From: Octopus sinensis
Lineage: Eukaryota
Direction: 5' to 3'
Length of the DNA: 64,000 nt
Assembly: GCF_006345805.1 (NCBI RefSeq)
Contig: NC_042997.1
Location: 69,626,001-69,690,000 of the forward strand
Below the pieces are notes generated by a model that saw nothing but the letters and a program-made list of their open reading frames with translations, made no database searches and was not told where the DNA came from. Each line of letters opens with the position of its first letter. Within the stretch, counting starts at the first letter, position 1. Positions 1 through 13,919 of this stretch are shown one piece after another. The position numbers and the translations under genes are program-made.

Positions 1-19
1 ATATAACAGCAGGTATTAT

Positions 20-138
<119 letters not shown>

Positions 139-2404
139 CCAGAAATACAGACAGACAGACACAGAGGTACATACATACATTTGCTAGTCTATATTCTCCC
201 CAATGCCTCTGAGTCTTATGTCTCAGCCTTTACCTCTGTGTCTGTCTAGCTCTCTCTCCCTCTCTCGCTCCCTTCCTCGTTGTCTGTTTTTATATTCATT
301 CACCTCTTTAAATATCTTTTGTTTCCTATTTAGTCCACTTCCATTCTCAGTCCACATGGGTCATTGTCCCTTTTTCCTGTTCACCAAAAACGCCCTGTTC
401 AACCTATTTTCCTGTTCCACTTCTCATATTAATCTCTAATTCATCTTATATTACTTTTCGTTTTTTTATATTTTTTCTTCTCTTCGTCCTTCTTCAAAAG
501 CGTATCCGTTTCCGTGAATGGTCCACTTTGCTTATAATTCTGACATAGTGTTACATTGAGACAAAACTGAAGTGTTCTTGCCAAACAGGGTTCCTCTTAA
601 TGCAAAGAGGCAGCTTCTTGAGCTGAACAGGGAATCACTATGCGGGCACTCAACTGCAAGAAATAACAGCCAGCCAGTTGAATCTCCATCAAATCAAACT
701 CTATTATCTTAAAAATGAAAACAGGGATGTAGTCCTAGCTACACTTCACGTTAAAAAAAAATATGATAGTATCACATTTTGGGCGATTTTAGTAACATAC
801 CTGCACCAGAGTCAAACAGCAAGCAACATGTGAAGTACTTACATGTCTTTTGCCTCATATCATGACCTCAATGTTTACATTGAAAAGCTACAGGAAAACA
901 CCACGAAAACCTACGGTTATTAGGAGTGTGGAAATGCATATAACACACGTATGTACACTGATATATTCAGACTAGTGTACTAATGTCCTCATATTTACTG
1001 TTATAATCACAACTTTCGGACACTGTACTCTCGGCCCTTTTTCATGTAGAGTTATTTTTATTATGTTGCTCATCTTAAGGATATTTTCCTGCTTATTACT
1101 CTACTTGTGGTGTTGCTTGCTTGACCAGCTTATGCATATATTGTTTGACTGACTCAAGAATTGAACCTACTAGTGAAACTACTGCACCTAACACTTCAAT
1201 GGCTATGTTATGACAATCAATACCTAGGTTCCCTCTCTTATTCTTCAAAGGACAATTACGTAATTACAATGAGGAGCTTTAATCACAACTTCTTATGGTC
1301 GTAGGAGTAAAATTTAATATGTTACAGTTATGCCCTTCTTAACCGCATACATTAATAACTGTAGGATAGGGTAAGATCGAATGATTTACAGATACACTTC
1401 ATAATTATGCGGCTCAGAGTTCGAAAGTACTATCTGAAACTTGGCTTATCTCTAACTATGAAAGTAGGTAAACTGAAAATACTTGGAAGCTAATTTAATC
1501 AACTACAACAGTTATTAAAAGAGCCAACCATGTCAAATATTGTGTCATGCTGATCCTTGCTGAGGATTACGTTAAGAGCAAGCATGTGTATCAGTAGAAT
1601 ACTGAAGAACTTGGACACAAAGTAACCGAATAATTTAAGTATACTTCATAATTAGGAGATGCCCTATTTAATTTCATAGCGCAGCATCTGGAGGAAATAT
1701 ACTTTACTTTAACCTTGAGTTGATTCAAACCGTGTGAGAGAAATTAGGTAGATGGAAACTACGTTGAAGCCTGTTAGATGGTTTGTATTTGTAATTCAAA
1801 GCTCCAGCTTTTTCATACTATGTTACCCGCATTACGTTAAGTTTAAACAAGAATGTGCTGAGTTCAATCACTTAAACGCTAATTCGTTGTGCAGGTAATT
1901 CAGTTTATCGAACAAGTTGCTACTTAACTGGATTATTTAAACTCATTTTTTATAATTCAGTCTGTAAATATAGTTCTGTTGACCCAACATTTGGAACCTA
2001 CATTATTCACATTACGAACATTTCGTCGTAACTGACAGATTCACTTTTAACAACTGCAACGAACGAAAATTAAATAAACACTGCAAAACAAAATCAAAAT
2101 TGATCTATTTGCAAGTTCATACTCAGCTTCAGAGTGCTCAAATCCTTTATTAGCCTCTTCCTCCTGTACAGTATAAATGCTCATATTTTTCTCTACCTTA
2201 TATGGATAATCTCTCATTTAACTTTCAGGTACATTGTATTGATGACATTTATGTAATTACAGTTGAAACTCAACTAATGTGTGAGCATTTACAACAATAT
2301 CAGAGTGGCAACCATAGATAATTCAAGTTCAAATCCTGCCTTGTTTGATGCTTTCCCGATCATATTTTCTGGTTTTCGTACAAGAATCATTTGAGAAACA
2401 CACA

Positions 2405-2532
<128 letters not shown>

Positions 2533-4477
2533 TTCACATTCACGTGTTTCAAAAGTAAATGCTTCGGAGGATAGGTCTACTCGATCAAGTTTAACCCTAA
2601 ACTAAATAACAATAACAGCATCTTTAACAACTTCTTCCTTTTCCTTACTTTATTATTACCCTGCATTGACTTCTTATTTGTACAAATTAGACCACCTAAC
2701 CAATAGAAGCCATAAATTGCTTTTAAAGTACTCTTCGAACAGATCACGGAATTCGAATCGTCAGTACTCTTATCGCTACCTCCATCTGGACATTTACTGC
2801 ATCTCACATCCTCTTACTCTGAAATCTTACCACAATTGCTATTGTATCTTTCATGCATCTATGACATGCATCTATAAAACAGTAATATATTCTTACATAC
2901 GTCTAACATAATAAGTGAAGCCCCTTGACAAATGGCACTGTGTTGATAGATTTTTTGTTATTAACTTGTATGATATTTTCTCATTCTCACATAATGATTT
3001 CTGGGATATGTAAGTAGGAAGCCAAACTGTTAACTATGAATAAATTCTAACTGAAAAGAGACTTCCGTCATTTTGTTAAGCACCAGCTCTTATGATATAA
3101 CAGAGAAAAAATATAGCACTTGAATAGTCTTCAAAGCATACATGCAAGTGCTTGAGTATATTTCTCTCTGTGCTTGCGTGTGCGTGTGTTTGTGTGTGTG
3201 TATGTGCATATATTTTCTCTGGTAGGGGATAGGAATATTGCTATAAGGAGGTTTCAGTGGGTTCATGAATGTTTTATTTATTATACTTTGGAAATTCAAA
3301 TTGCTCAAATTTACATATACTATAATTTGAATATATGTGTACTTACATGCATACACACTCATACATAGATATCGTTTTAAATATATTCACACACATCACA
3401 CGCACACACACACACACTCACACGTGCGCATATATGAAAATTGAGTGCATTTATCGCACTGACCATCACATCACAGTGAAAAATTTCTTAAGGATACCTT
3501 CCACACAAGAAGCATATAGTCATGTGCAGTTTATCATATACAACATTGTAAGGTGATTATAATTCTAAATCAACTGAAAGTATAAACTTTCAAGAAAAGG
3601 GTCGTTAGTGTTAATGAAAATTATTCTCTAAATCACTAAATCAGCGATCTCTCGACATTTCAATTAATCGCAAATTAAATGGAAATATGCAAAGGGTAGG
3701 TGAGTCTAGTGTTTAGTAGAATTGATCACAGCTCTTGTCATTTGTTGGTTATACTAGACCACTTCGACAAAGCGTAATTCACTGACAGCGATAAGAAAAG
3801 CAGAACAACTGATAAATGTAGCATTTTTGTCTGCAAATAATTAACCGACAAAGGAAAGGAAAGTAATGACATAGGAAAAATCTCCCTTGTGGGCGTTTTG
3901 CATTGAGAACGTAAAAATAAAGTGCAAGTTACACTTAAATTAATTCGTCAAAAATAATTTCTAGCCAATTGGAATGATAACTGATGAGAAGTCATTTGTC
4001 AGAAGAGGGGTAACTCACTGACGTTAATGACAATTAATTACGAAATCAGTAAGGATCAGAACTCCCGAAATTTCAATAGACTAAAATTTCTATGGAGATA
4101 TACACGGAAGGTATGAATCTGTTCTGTGGTAGCTACTGTAATAAATATCTTTGGCGAGTAATTTTCACAAACGTAAATTGCTTTTCTGTGATTAAGTATG
4201 ATTTTCAGGTCGCTACTTGAAGTATCAGAATCATTCATTCCAATAATTACCACAGGAACCATTAGTATATGTAAGAAAGGTTACAGGTTTAAAATATGAT
4301 TATATATTCTTTTATTCGTAGCACTCACTCACTCACTAACTCTCACTCACACTCATTCTATATGTGCGTGAGTAGGTGTGTGTAGGAGTACGAGGAAGTG
4401 AGGTTATCATAGAGAGGAGTTGTGACAGACAGGATATATGTTCCTCCTTGTTGCAATAGCATTCATTTGTCTTAGAT

Positions 4478-4755
4478 CAGTGGTTCCCAAAATAAGTGGT
4501 ACTGCTCCCCCACTGGAGGCAGTGGAAAGATCCAGGAGTGGGGGGGGGGGATGATTGGGTGGCCAAAAGGGGACGATGGATGTAAAAACAAGAAAATAAT
4601 GGCTTAATATGGTTAAGTTCTATTTGTGAAATACAGTGTTTTTTTAATTTGCTGCAGAAAGAGGTCTATGTTTGTGGTGGTGGTGTGTGGTGAGGGCTAC
4701 GAATGCAACGTGGGTCCCAAGGGGGCGGTAACCCGAAAAAGTTTGGGAACCATTG
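4478..4755. mobile_element. Non-autonomous hAT-type MITE
   Basis: TIRs CAGTGGTTCCCAAA / TTTGGGAACCATTG; 8-bp TSD TCTTAGAT (4470-4477) vs TCTTATAT (4756-4763). Confidence 0.8.
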
Positions 4756-6129
4756 TCTTATATAAATATGTAGGCAATATTTTGTTTTCTTTAAAAGTAT
4801 ATTAGACCAATATTTTAAAAGTCCTCTTCAAGTTTTGCCTATGTATGTATATATGTATATATATATATATATATGTGTGTGTGTATGTGTGTGTATAATT
4901 CAGTTTTGGGGATTAATAGATAAGCGGGTATTCTATTTCAGATCATACACAAAAAGTAACCTAATGAGTATATCTGAAAGTAAGCTCATGGTATCCATTT
5001 GCACATTACGAAATAATGCTTTAAAGGATATAACCAGTATATCAGCAGGGTGTATAATATACTTCCTTAATTATCTCCTACTTAAGTTAACACTTAAATT
5101 TATTAATTATGACGGAACTACACGTGTTTCAGTATTGGAAGATTACAATATATATACATACGCACAAATGAATACAAATATATATACATATATAAATATA
5201 TATACGCAATCATCAGATTTACAATTATTCCAACACATCTTCAGGTTCTTTTTCAAAGTATTGTTAATTTTACATCCCTTTAAAAATAAGCGTCAAATTA
5301 AGCAATAAATTAAACATTGAAAATTAAAAATAAAAATTATACTTTGTAATATTAAGAATTAAAACTTATAAATTATACATAATAAATATGAATTAGTATA
5401 TATATCAACCTTATTAAGTCAAGTATATAATGTCAAATACAAAATATAAGATATAAAGTCATACATCAGAATAAAAATGTATGTGTTTAAATGTAAAATA
5501 TACCAAGAAAAATGCAAATACATAATAATAGAGGATAATTTAAATTAAACTATGCATAGTGTAATTACCCACCTTGGTACTAATCACGTTTAAATTCCCA
5601 TAGTTCCCTGCTATCTTCTTCCTCTAATCGCCATTTTGGAAAGAAATATTGGTTCCAACAAAAAGGAAGATATGTATTTGCATTTTTCTTTTAGAAAATT
5701 TTACTATCAGTGTAAAAATATTAGTCAATATACGAGCACGGGGAACATGCTTGATTTGCCTCATACTTATATGTTTAACCTAGGAGTACCTGTTGATGAA
5801 GACTTCGCCTAGCAAATTATTTTATTTGCTAATAGATGGTAAATGATCACACAGGAGATACATGGCAAGTGTTTTTATTTTTCATTTCCTTTGAAATTTA
5901 TCTCTAATAGCGGTTTGGGTTTTGGCTATTCTTTCTAGCGTGCCTATGATGGATACCTCTTATGTGTTTAAATGTACACTGTATTTATATGAATAGTATA
6001 TAGTCTATTGACTAATTTTTCTACACGCTAGGCCTCAGACTCGCTAAAAATTTTCTTACCCTGATATTATTAATTATTGATATTTTTTTGGCAAATTTTC
6101 GAAGTAACTCTAGCATTATTTTATATACG

Positions 6130-6270
6130 CGACAGGATATTTCAATTTCCATCTATCAGGCTTTGGTCGGCCCAGGACCATAGCAGAAGACACTTGCCCG
6201 ATATACCACGCTGTAGAACTGAACCATGTGGTTGGGAAGCAAACTGCTTGCCATACAGCTACACTTGCAC
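6130..6270 (-). mobile_element. tRNA-derived SINE family A, 5' half
   Basis: Reverse complement matches the head at 7000-7125 (ACCACATGGTTC...GGGCAAGTGTCTTCT...GGGCCGACCAAAG). Confidence 0.75.
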
Positions 6271-6479
6271 CTATGATTATTCTCATTCTTCGCTGCATAA
6301 TTGCTTCTAATTTTCTTCAGACATTTCGTTTTGGCTTCAACTCATGCAGTGTGAATAACAGTAGAGGTATGGTATAACTAAAATATGTTACCAAAGTATG
6401 CGTTCGCTGTTGTTGTTCTTGAAACCTAATTCAATCTGCATCAAAAATACAAATACTAAGCTGTCTTTTTATCTTTAAT

Positions 6480-6825
6480 CTTTTACAACACCACTTGAAG
6501 GATTTTAGTTGGATAAATCAACCCTAGTGCTTAATTTAAAGTCTGTTACTTATTCTATCGGTGTCTTTTGCCGAAATGCTAGGTTACAGGTAACGTAAAC
6601 AAACTAAAATCAGCTGCCAAGTGGTGTGTGTTTGGGGAGCGGACAAACACAGAAAGAAAAGCAACACACGCGCTCGGACGCACACGCATACCCACACACA
6701 TATACGGGCTTCCACATAATTTCCATCTACCAAATTCACTCACGAAGTATTTGTCGTCCCGACATTAAAGGGAAGACACTCGCATAAGGTGCCCTGCAGT
6801 AATACTGAACCCGAACAACCATCGT
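6480..6825 (-). mobile_element. tRNA-derived SINE family A, diverged
   Basis: TACTTATTCTATCGGT...TTTTGCCGAA and CTACCAAATTCACTCAC motifs shared with other copies. Confidence 0.75.
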
Positions 6826-6847
6826 ATATATATTTATATATACATAC

Positions 6848-6892
<45 letters not shown>

Positions 6893-6941
6893 TAGATAGA
6901 TAGATAGATAGATAGAGAGATAAAGATATAGATTTATAGAG

Positions 6942-6989
<48 letters not shown>

Positions 6990-6999
6990 TATATATATA

Positions 7000-7292
7000 G
7001 GCGCAGGAGTGGCTTGTTTACCAACCACATGGTTCCGAGTTCAGTCCCACTGCGTGGCACCTTGGGCAAGTGTCTTCTTCTATAGCCTCGGGCCGACCAA
7101 AACCTTGTGAGTGGATTTGGTAGACGTCGTATATATGTATATATATGCATGAGTGTGTTTGTGTGTCTGTGTTTGTCCCCCTAGCATTGCTTGACAACAA
7201 ATGCTGGTGTGTTTATGTCCCCGTTACTTAACGGCTCGGCAAAAGAGTCCGATAGAGTACGTACTGGGCTTACAAAAGAATAAGTCCCGGGG
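7000..7292 (+). mobile_element. tRNA-derived SINE family A (a further 3' fragment lies at ~7497-7590)
   Basis: GGCGCAGGAGTGGCT head, B-box-like GAGTTCAGTCCC, CACCTTGGGCAAGTGTC core, internal (TA)/(TG) tract, CGGCAAAAGAG.CCGATAGA 3' part; many related copies in the window. Confidence 0.85.
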
Positions 7293-7592
7293 TACTTATA
7301 TACGTAATATAATTATAAACAGGGAAAATTTTATCCATTTCTCCGCAGATGAAAAAATGCTGAACAACCTTAAGCAATTTTCGAACCTTATTGGGTTCTC
7401 AGCAGAGGCGTCCACATGGTTTTAACAATCTCCAGAGTAACAATCAGCCAAATTGTTTGTATATACATATATGTGTATATGTGCGTATGTGTGTGAACCG
7501 CTAGAATAAGTACTAGGCTTACAAAGAATAAGTCCTGGGGTCGAATTCCTCGACTAAAGGCGGTGCTCAAGCGTTGCTGCAGTCAAAATGAC

Positions 7593-8681
7593 CCAGGGCA
7601 GCACTACCTCCTCTAGGCACTTGATATAGGCCTCCATGTTGAGTCTGGAGGCATAACGTCGCCATCATTAGTGATCACACCAAACATCATGATATTGACT
7701 GGATGTTTGATTTTTATCACCTTCGGTACATGTTTAGGGGATACGGCAACCCAACGGTTGTTCTATGTGTTTACCATCTGATCCTGGCAAAAATTTTCCT
7801 TTCTCGTCTGAGAAAAACCAAAGCATATTCGGTTGTAAAGGATGTTTGAGTTTGTTCAAAAGCTTTGTAGAGCAGTCTTTCCTCTTGTCCTTGGTGATTT
7901 GTGATAAAAATTGGCCTTTTCTCATCTTTTATTAGGAATACCGAACGCCTTTATGCACTACCTGCCTTATAAGAAACTCATGCACTCCCATATCTCTGTC
8001 GATGGACCTGATTGACTTGGAGGGATCATTATCAATCATGGCCTGGATCTCACCAATAAATTCAGGAATTCTTTTCTTATCAGGACGATCAGAGTGAGTT
8101 TTCTGAGTTGCCGTACCTTTCTAATCACCATTAGACTCATCCAACTCTTCCCGAATCCTCTACACTGTCCCCGGATTGACACCCAAACATTCTGAAATGT
8201 TCGTATTGGAGCTTCCGGTGCGAATGCCAAGCCGAACAAAATGTTGTTTACAATTTAGGGCAAACGAATCGGTGGATGCTCCACTTTAGCAATTAGTGAC
8301 GGAAAAGTGCGATGACGTCCTAAGAGAGACACTGGGCATTGACGAAAACGAACTGGTTGGTCTGTTCCTGAGGCCCATCCGGTCGGAGACTACCATGGTT
8401 AACTTCCGAAGGGCGCTACCGGTTCGAGATAAACCCTACAGGCATGGATGTGCCGTCAGGCGGGTTTGAACGAGGTGCGGGAAGAGCGACGAAGCTGTTC
8501 TGCATGCATCCATTCAGCGTCCGAGCATTGGTGACTTGTAGAGTTGTGCCGAATAGATGCTGTCGTGCATGATGGTGCCCAACTGACCCTACTATACTAT
8601 GTAGTCGATAAAATCAAAAACAAACATGCACATGCACGAAATCAAAAATATAAATGGTGACAATTTACCCATCGCACCCTG
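7593..8681 (-). mobile_element. Decayed mariner/maT-like DNA transposon (transposase pseudogene), interrupted by a LINE fragment
   Basis: Minus-strand translation gives LWFFSDEK, KHPVNIMMFGVITNDGDVMP and RLNMEAYIKCLEEVVLPW; terminus ...CACCCTG followed by TA at 8682-8683. Confidence 0.8.
8255..8566 (+). mobile_element. Tx1/L1-clade LINE 3' fragment (zf-RVT region) nested in the mariner
   Basis: Encodes LPVRDKPYRHGCAVRR...RCGKSDEAVLHASIQ; close match to 9590-9905. Confidence 0.75.
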
Positions 8682-9129
8682 TATATGTATATATGTATGT
8701 GTGTGTGAATATATATATATATATATATATAATATATATATATATATAGACTATGAGTGTATTTGCACAAGTTGAGCTGCTGCAGTTAACGGAAATAGAT
8801 GGATTCATGTGCTGATTATATCTAGTAATGTGTGGAATGTAAAAAATGATTTTTTTAAATAAATGAAACCAAATTCGCATTGGTATGATAAGTATGTGGT
8901 AAAAATGGTTGATATTTTCTGGAGACTACTTCTAGATCATTCTTTCTACACAGACATTTCACCGCCAACTTCTCATCGTTATCTACTTCTCTCTTTTTTT
9001 TAAACATTTTTACTTTTTCTTCTGTTTCTTCCTTTTACTCCTGTCTTCGTTTCAACCTAACTTTCCTGCTTTCGTTCACTCTTTCCTTTCTTCCTTCTTT
9101 TTTTCTTTCTTTCTTTCCTTTCTTTCTCT

Positions 9130-9362
9130 CCTCCACCTCCTCCTCCTCCTTCTCATCCTCCTCCACCTCCCCTCCACCTCCTTCTTCTTCTTCTTCTTCT
9201 TCTTCTTCTCTTCTTCTTCTTCTTCTTCTTCTTCTTCTTCTTCTTTTCATCTTCCTCATTTTAATCATCATCATCATCATCATCCTCATCCTCATCATCA
9301 TCATCATCCTCATCCTCCTCCTCATCATCATCATCATCACCACCATCATTGTCATCATCATT
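9130..9362. repeat. Compound trinucleotide SSR (CCT)n/(CTT)n/(CAT)n
   Basis: Directly visible; explains ORF 9035..9361. Confidence 0.9.
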
Positions 9363-9589
9363 AGGGAGTTGAATTGGCAGAGTTCTCAGAGCATCAGACA
9401 AAATACATTGTGCATTTCTTTCTCAGGTCAAATCCTACCGAGATTTCAACTTCGCTTTCATCCCTCCGGAGACGATAGAATAGAACGTCAATTGGAGAAG
9501 GAGGTTAATGTCATTGACTACCCTACCCCTAAATTACTGTCGTGACCCCTATAATGTCGTTAGGTGCTCATGTCCCCCCTATAATGTCG

Positions 9590-10075
9590 TTAGGGCAATG
9601 GAATCAGTGGATGTTCCACTTTAAGAGTTAGTGACGGTAAAGTGCGACGACGTCCTAGGAGAGACACTGGGCGTTGACGAAAACGAACTGGTTAGTCTGT
9701 TCCGGAGGTCTATCCGATCGGGGTCTACCATGGATAATTTCCGAGGGATGCAACCGGTTCGAGATAAACTCTACAGGCATGGATGTGCTGTCAGACGGGC
9801 TTGAACGAGGTGCGGGAGGAGCGTGGAAACTGTTCTGCATGCACCCATTCAGTATCCGAACATTGCTGACTTGTAGAGTTATGCCGAATAGATGCTGTCG
9901 CGTATGAGACAGTCAATCTATCGGCAGAGTCCTTCATTTAATCGGGCATATAAAGCAGTTTTCCTAATCCTGCCAGGTGGCTGTGGTAAAAGAGGTCGTC
10001 TGGTAGACGAGGTTGAAAGGCATGAGGACAGAGACATTCTTGTTTGGTAGAGCCCTCATTGACTTTTTCATGTTC
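9590..10075 (+). mobile_element. Tx1/L1-clade LINE ORF2 3' fragment
   Basis: CDDVLGETLGVDENELVSLF, PVRDKLYRHG and ETVLHA motifs with stops and frameshifts. Confidence 0.75.
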
Positions 10076-10711
10076 CACATACAGGCACACTCATTAACAC
10101 AAACATGCACCAGCCCATATCTGGGACGGACTCTACAGACTCTGGTTCCTCCACATCACGGAGTGAAGACGAGGATAAATCCCACAAGCCGAAAAGGGAA
10201 AAACGAAAGCACAGGAAAAAACACCTGGCTTCACACTGTCACGCACACACTGGAGGACACAGAGAGCGCATCCGCAGGAGGCATAAACACATCGATAATA
10301 GCACCAACTCCTCCAGCTCCACAACCGTCAACACAAGCAACGTTACCATCACCAGCACAACCAACACTATCAAACCCCACCTCGCTCCAGAAAGAAAACT
10401 TACAAAAGAACAGTCAACCACAGACTCCAAATTTTGTGCTAGTGAGGAGAGCCAACAAAGATTTGATGACCTTCATAGCTCGAAATGAAGAGATTGAGAG
10501 GAGTGCAATATATGACACAAGCACTCTTAAAATGCCCGAAGAGCTCATGTTAGTGTGCAAGCTGCTAACAGCATATAAAAACATTATGGAGGTTTTTTCC
10601 TCCGACGTGGGAACCCCTAATGTAAAATCCACCAACAGACTTTTAAATTGGTTCCTAGAGGAGCCCGAAGCAGAGCCGGAGGTCGAGCCACCCGGTCGCA
10701 AACAACACTAG
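10075..10711 (+). pseudogene. Probable C-terminal part of ORF1 of a Tx1-like LINE (Pro/Thr/Ser-rich linker plus globular tail)
   Basis: Part of ORF 10013..10711, the longest non-SSR ORF in the window. It is followed by a ~50-nt spacer, then ATG-GCG-ATT-ATT-AGA-GTA-GGT (MAIIRVG, 10763, resembling an APE-endonuclease start) and RT motifs. Confidence 0.5.
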
Positions 10712-10762
10712 GAGGGTAAGTAACCCCGCTCGTTTCTTTTCTCTCCACTCTTTCCGGTCAAG

Positions 10763-12030
10763 ATGGCGATTATTAGAGTAGGTGGTATATAACAATCGAT
10801 GGTGGATAGTTCTGAAAAAGGGTTATTAGAGTAAAGTCGGTAGAGTTTAGCCGAGGTGTTTGTAAAAAGAATGGCGCTTGTCGTCGAGTTACATCATAGA
10901 GAGGGTGAGTAAATAACCTGGCATGAGTAGGGCTCTGATTAATTTGGATCAATCAAAAACTTTTGAAAGGGTCAACCATCTATACTTGGATGCTGTTCTC
11001 GCGGCGGCCAGTTTCTGTCCTGTTTTCAGAGGCTGGATCGCTCAATATACAACATCTGTTCAGTGGTCAAAGTAAATCTCTACTTACCGGAATCGTTTAG
11101 CATCGCATTTTCAATGTATCAAGAATGACTTCTCACGCACCTTCTATACATGCCATTGCTACGGAAGCTGTCCCTGAAGGGTCGGACAGAGGTGGCGAAT
11201 GCGCACATCGCTTCCGTCATCTTCTAGCGCCTGACCGTCGTCCTTTGCCTAGCTTCATGGAGGATCAAGTTGGAGTGCTCGCTCTTTCACTTTCTGTGAA
11301 AGGGGCGCTGAGTGGAGGACTGGGCATGCCGTAGCTAATGATGTGCATACATGCAATGAGGCTGCGACATCTCCAGCGTTTCCTTAACGGTGAGCAGTTG
11401 TGGGTCGCCGCTTGTCATACAGGATTTCCCGCAGCTCGTCTCATTGACCGAGCAACAGTCCTGGTTCAAACGCAGACTGACAAAGGGTTCTTAGCAACTG
11501 AAGTGTCGATAAGAGCTCACAGTCCTCGGCCAGTCGAGCAATGAGGAAGGTCGAAGTTCTATATTGGTGTTCTATAGAGGGTTAGTAGCAAGCACGAGCG
11601 ACGACGTCCCCGTGAAAACTCTGGGCATCGGCAGGGATCAATTAGCTGGTCTTTTCTGGAGGAGCTTCAGGCGGGGCTTATCGATAATTTCCAGAAATCT
11701 CTGGTTTGGCAGTGCTACATGGGTGCTGTAATGATTCGAGCTCTACAAGCACGAATGTTCTGTCAGACGGACCTATCCAAGATGTGCGCAAGGCGATGAA
11801 GCAATTCTGCATGCACTCGTCCAGTATCCGGCTATTGCTAACTTGTGAAGCTTTGTCAAACAGCCGTTGATGCGTGTAGGATGGATCCAGCTATCAAGCC
11901 GATTTCATCGTGGGGATTGCCCCACCATCTTTTGGACAGAGAGGGAAGGCAGTTTTCTTCTGTCTGGTGATTATAACGAAAGACGTAGTGTGGTAGACGA
12001 GGTCGAAAGGACTGAAGACATACTCTCCTC
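10763..12030 (+). mobile_element. Internally deleted Tx1/L1-clade LINE ORF2 (RT and zf-RVT remnants)
   Basis: ALINLDQSKTFERVNHLYLDAVL...FRGWI (cf. LDxxKAFDRV), GGLGMP, HAMRLRHLQRFL, PRCAQGDEAILHALVQ; multiple stops and frameshifts. Confidence 0.8.
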
Positions 12031-12139
12031 TTGATTTCTATCCACAGGTTTCTTTACATCTTCATTCATTATCGGTTTGGTAATGAGGTTAATTTGTTCG
12101 ACTAAAACTCTTCAAGGCGTGCCCCAATGTGTTGGAAGT

Positions 12140-13190
12140 CGAATGATAAAATTCAATCAAAACTACCCTCTGGCCCAATAATTGCATCGATGCAACCAGG
12201 GAAGGGACTGCATGTCAAGATTAGAAGAATCTCTTCTCATACCGCTCAGCAGTTTTACAACGGCAGTCCTCAAAATTTCATTTGCAGCATGGTGTCATTG
12301 GCCGGCTCACTTCCCCTACGGCAGTCCAATCACAGCCTTCCTGAGCTGCATCGCCATGGTCCACATTAATCCACTAGTGTTGTAGTCGATGATGTCGTGA
12401 CTATCTTAACGATGCTTGATCGCAGAAAATATATGTCTTTCTTGGTCACTGATGTCACTGACACTGAAAGCATTCATGTAGAATGGGTTCGTCTCCCTCT
12501 GCGCATTTTGGATACTTTCGTGCCGGTAAGGTTTGTCTCCAACTGGCGATGCTTCCCGTAACAAAGCCAGGTTAAATACTTCTAGACGATATCCATGTAT
12601 CCCAGATTGACAGTTCTCTGGAACAGGCTAGCTACAATGGTATTGTTCGTTTCCACCGCTAATCTTTTATAGCATATCAACGTAGAGCATTTACCGCCTA
12701 CATTACCCGACTAGTAGAAGGCTATGAGTGCTTGAAAATTCTATGTCATGCACCCAGGCTTTGTTTCTTGTTTGAGCCAGGACTTTAACTTCACCAAAGA
12801 AACGAAATGATAAAAGATGTGCCTGACAAAGAGCCACAACACCAGTTCAGTGTCCTGGAATATTTGTAGATGCTGCATCCTCTGCAGATATCTACGCATC
12901 ATCAGCTAAATCGTACCCAACCTTCTGTGAAGAAGTTGATAGATGGACCACCTGAAATGAAACGCATCCTTTTTGAGTATTGAAAGAGCAGAAGCTCCAA
13001 ATTAGTCAGACGTGAGCTGTGACAAGGCATGACAATATTAGGTGCAATAGTTTTGAATAAATTGGACAGGATGGTCTCGGATAGAATTGCTCTCATCATA
13101 GACCTGCCCATTCAGAGATGACTTGGGCTACTATCGTGTAATGAAAACCCACAGCCATTGTGCATTGAAAGATTTATGGTCTATAGTATG
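12140..13190 (-). mobile_element. Highly decayed LINE (RTE-like endonuclease to RT N-terminus)
   Basis: Minus-strand remnants NGCGFSL (cf. GVGF), a TW-like endonuclease motif and LRKAVIGLP*GK*AG...EILR; relatively GC-rich, non-SSR sequence. Confidence 0.4.
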
Positions 13191-13257
13191 GCGTTTGAAT
13201 GGCGGAATTGTTTGAGCGTTGTAAAAATGTCTTCTAATATTTCTTATGCCTCTTTTT

Positions 13258-13460
13258 AAGGCGGTGAGCTGGCAGAATCATTAGCATGCCAGGTAAAATG
13301 CTTAACAGCATTTCGTTCATTTTTAAGTTCTGAGTTTAAATTCCGTCGAGATTGACTTTGCCTTTCATCCTTTCGGGGTCGATAAGATAAGCACCAGCTG
13401 AGCGTTGGAGTTGATGTAATCAACAAGGTCCCTCCCCTGGTCTTGTACCAAAATTTGAAA
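13258..13460 (+). mobile_element. tRNA-derived SINE family B (Nin-like central domain)
   Basis: AAGGCGGTGAGCTGGCAGAA head; GACTTTGCCTTTCATCCTTTCGGGGTCGATAA core; many copies in the window. Confidence 0.85.
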
Positions 13461-13919
13461 TTAATATTTTTCTGTCCCTTAGGTAGAATAAATATAGTTA
13501 ACAATTTGACGTGGTTAACTTCACTTTTTACCAGTAAAGAGCTGAGATCAACTCCTGTCTTTTATTTTCTCTCTCTCCCTCTTTCGCTCTTTTTCTCTCC
13601 CCCTCCCTCTCTATTTCTCTTGCTACGTGGGAGAAAGAAATGTGGGAAAATTTAGTTTCCTTTCTCTTCAAGACAACTATTTCCACTCTATCACAGTGGA
13701 AGATTTGCAATCATCGTGACTCCGACAGAGCATGGTACACCACCGACACCACTATGATGGTGGTGAGGAGATGATGATGAGGGGGATGTGACTGATGACA
13801 ACAACGAGAACGTTGGCGATAATTATGATGGTAATTATAATCCTTGACACAATATTGTTACATAATAAAAACCTCTTTGAATAAAAAATGAAACAAATGG
13901 TATGAACGACTCGAATTGT

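Noticed and set aside
4056-4275. 68-aa minus-strand ORF and plus-strand splice-like sites (TTTTCAG|G ... AT|GTAAGA)
   Set aside because: No recognisable homology; joins with the adjacent candidate exon hit stop codons.
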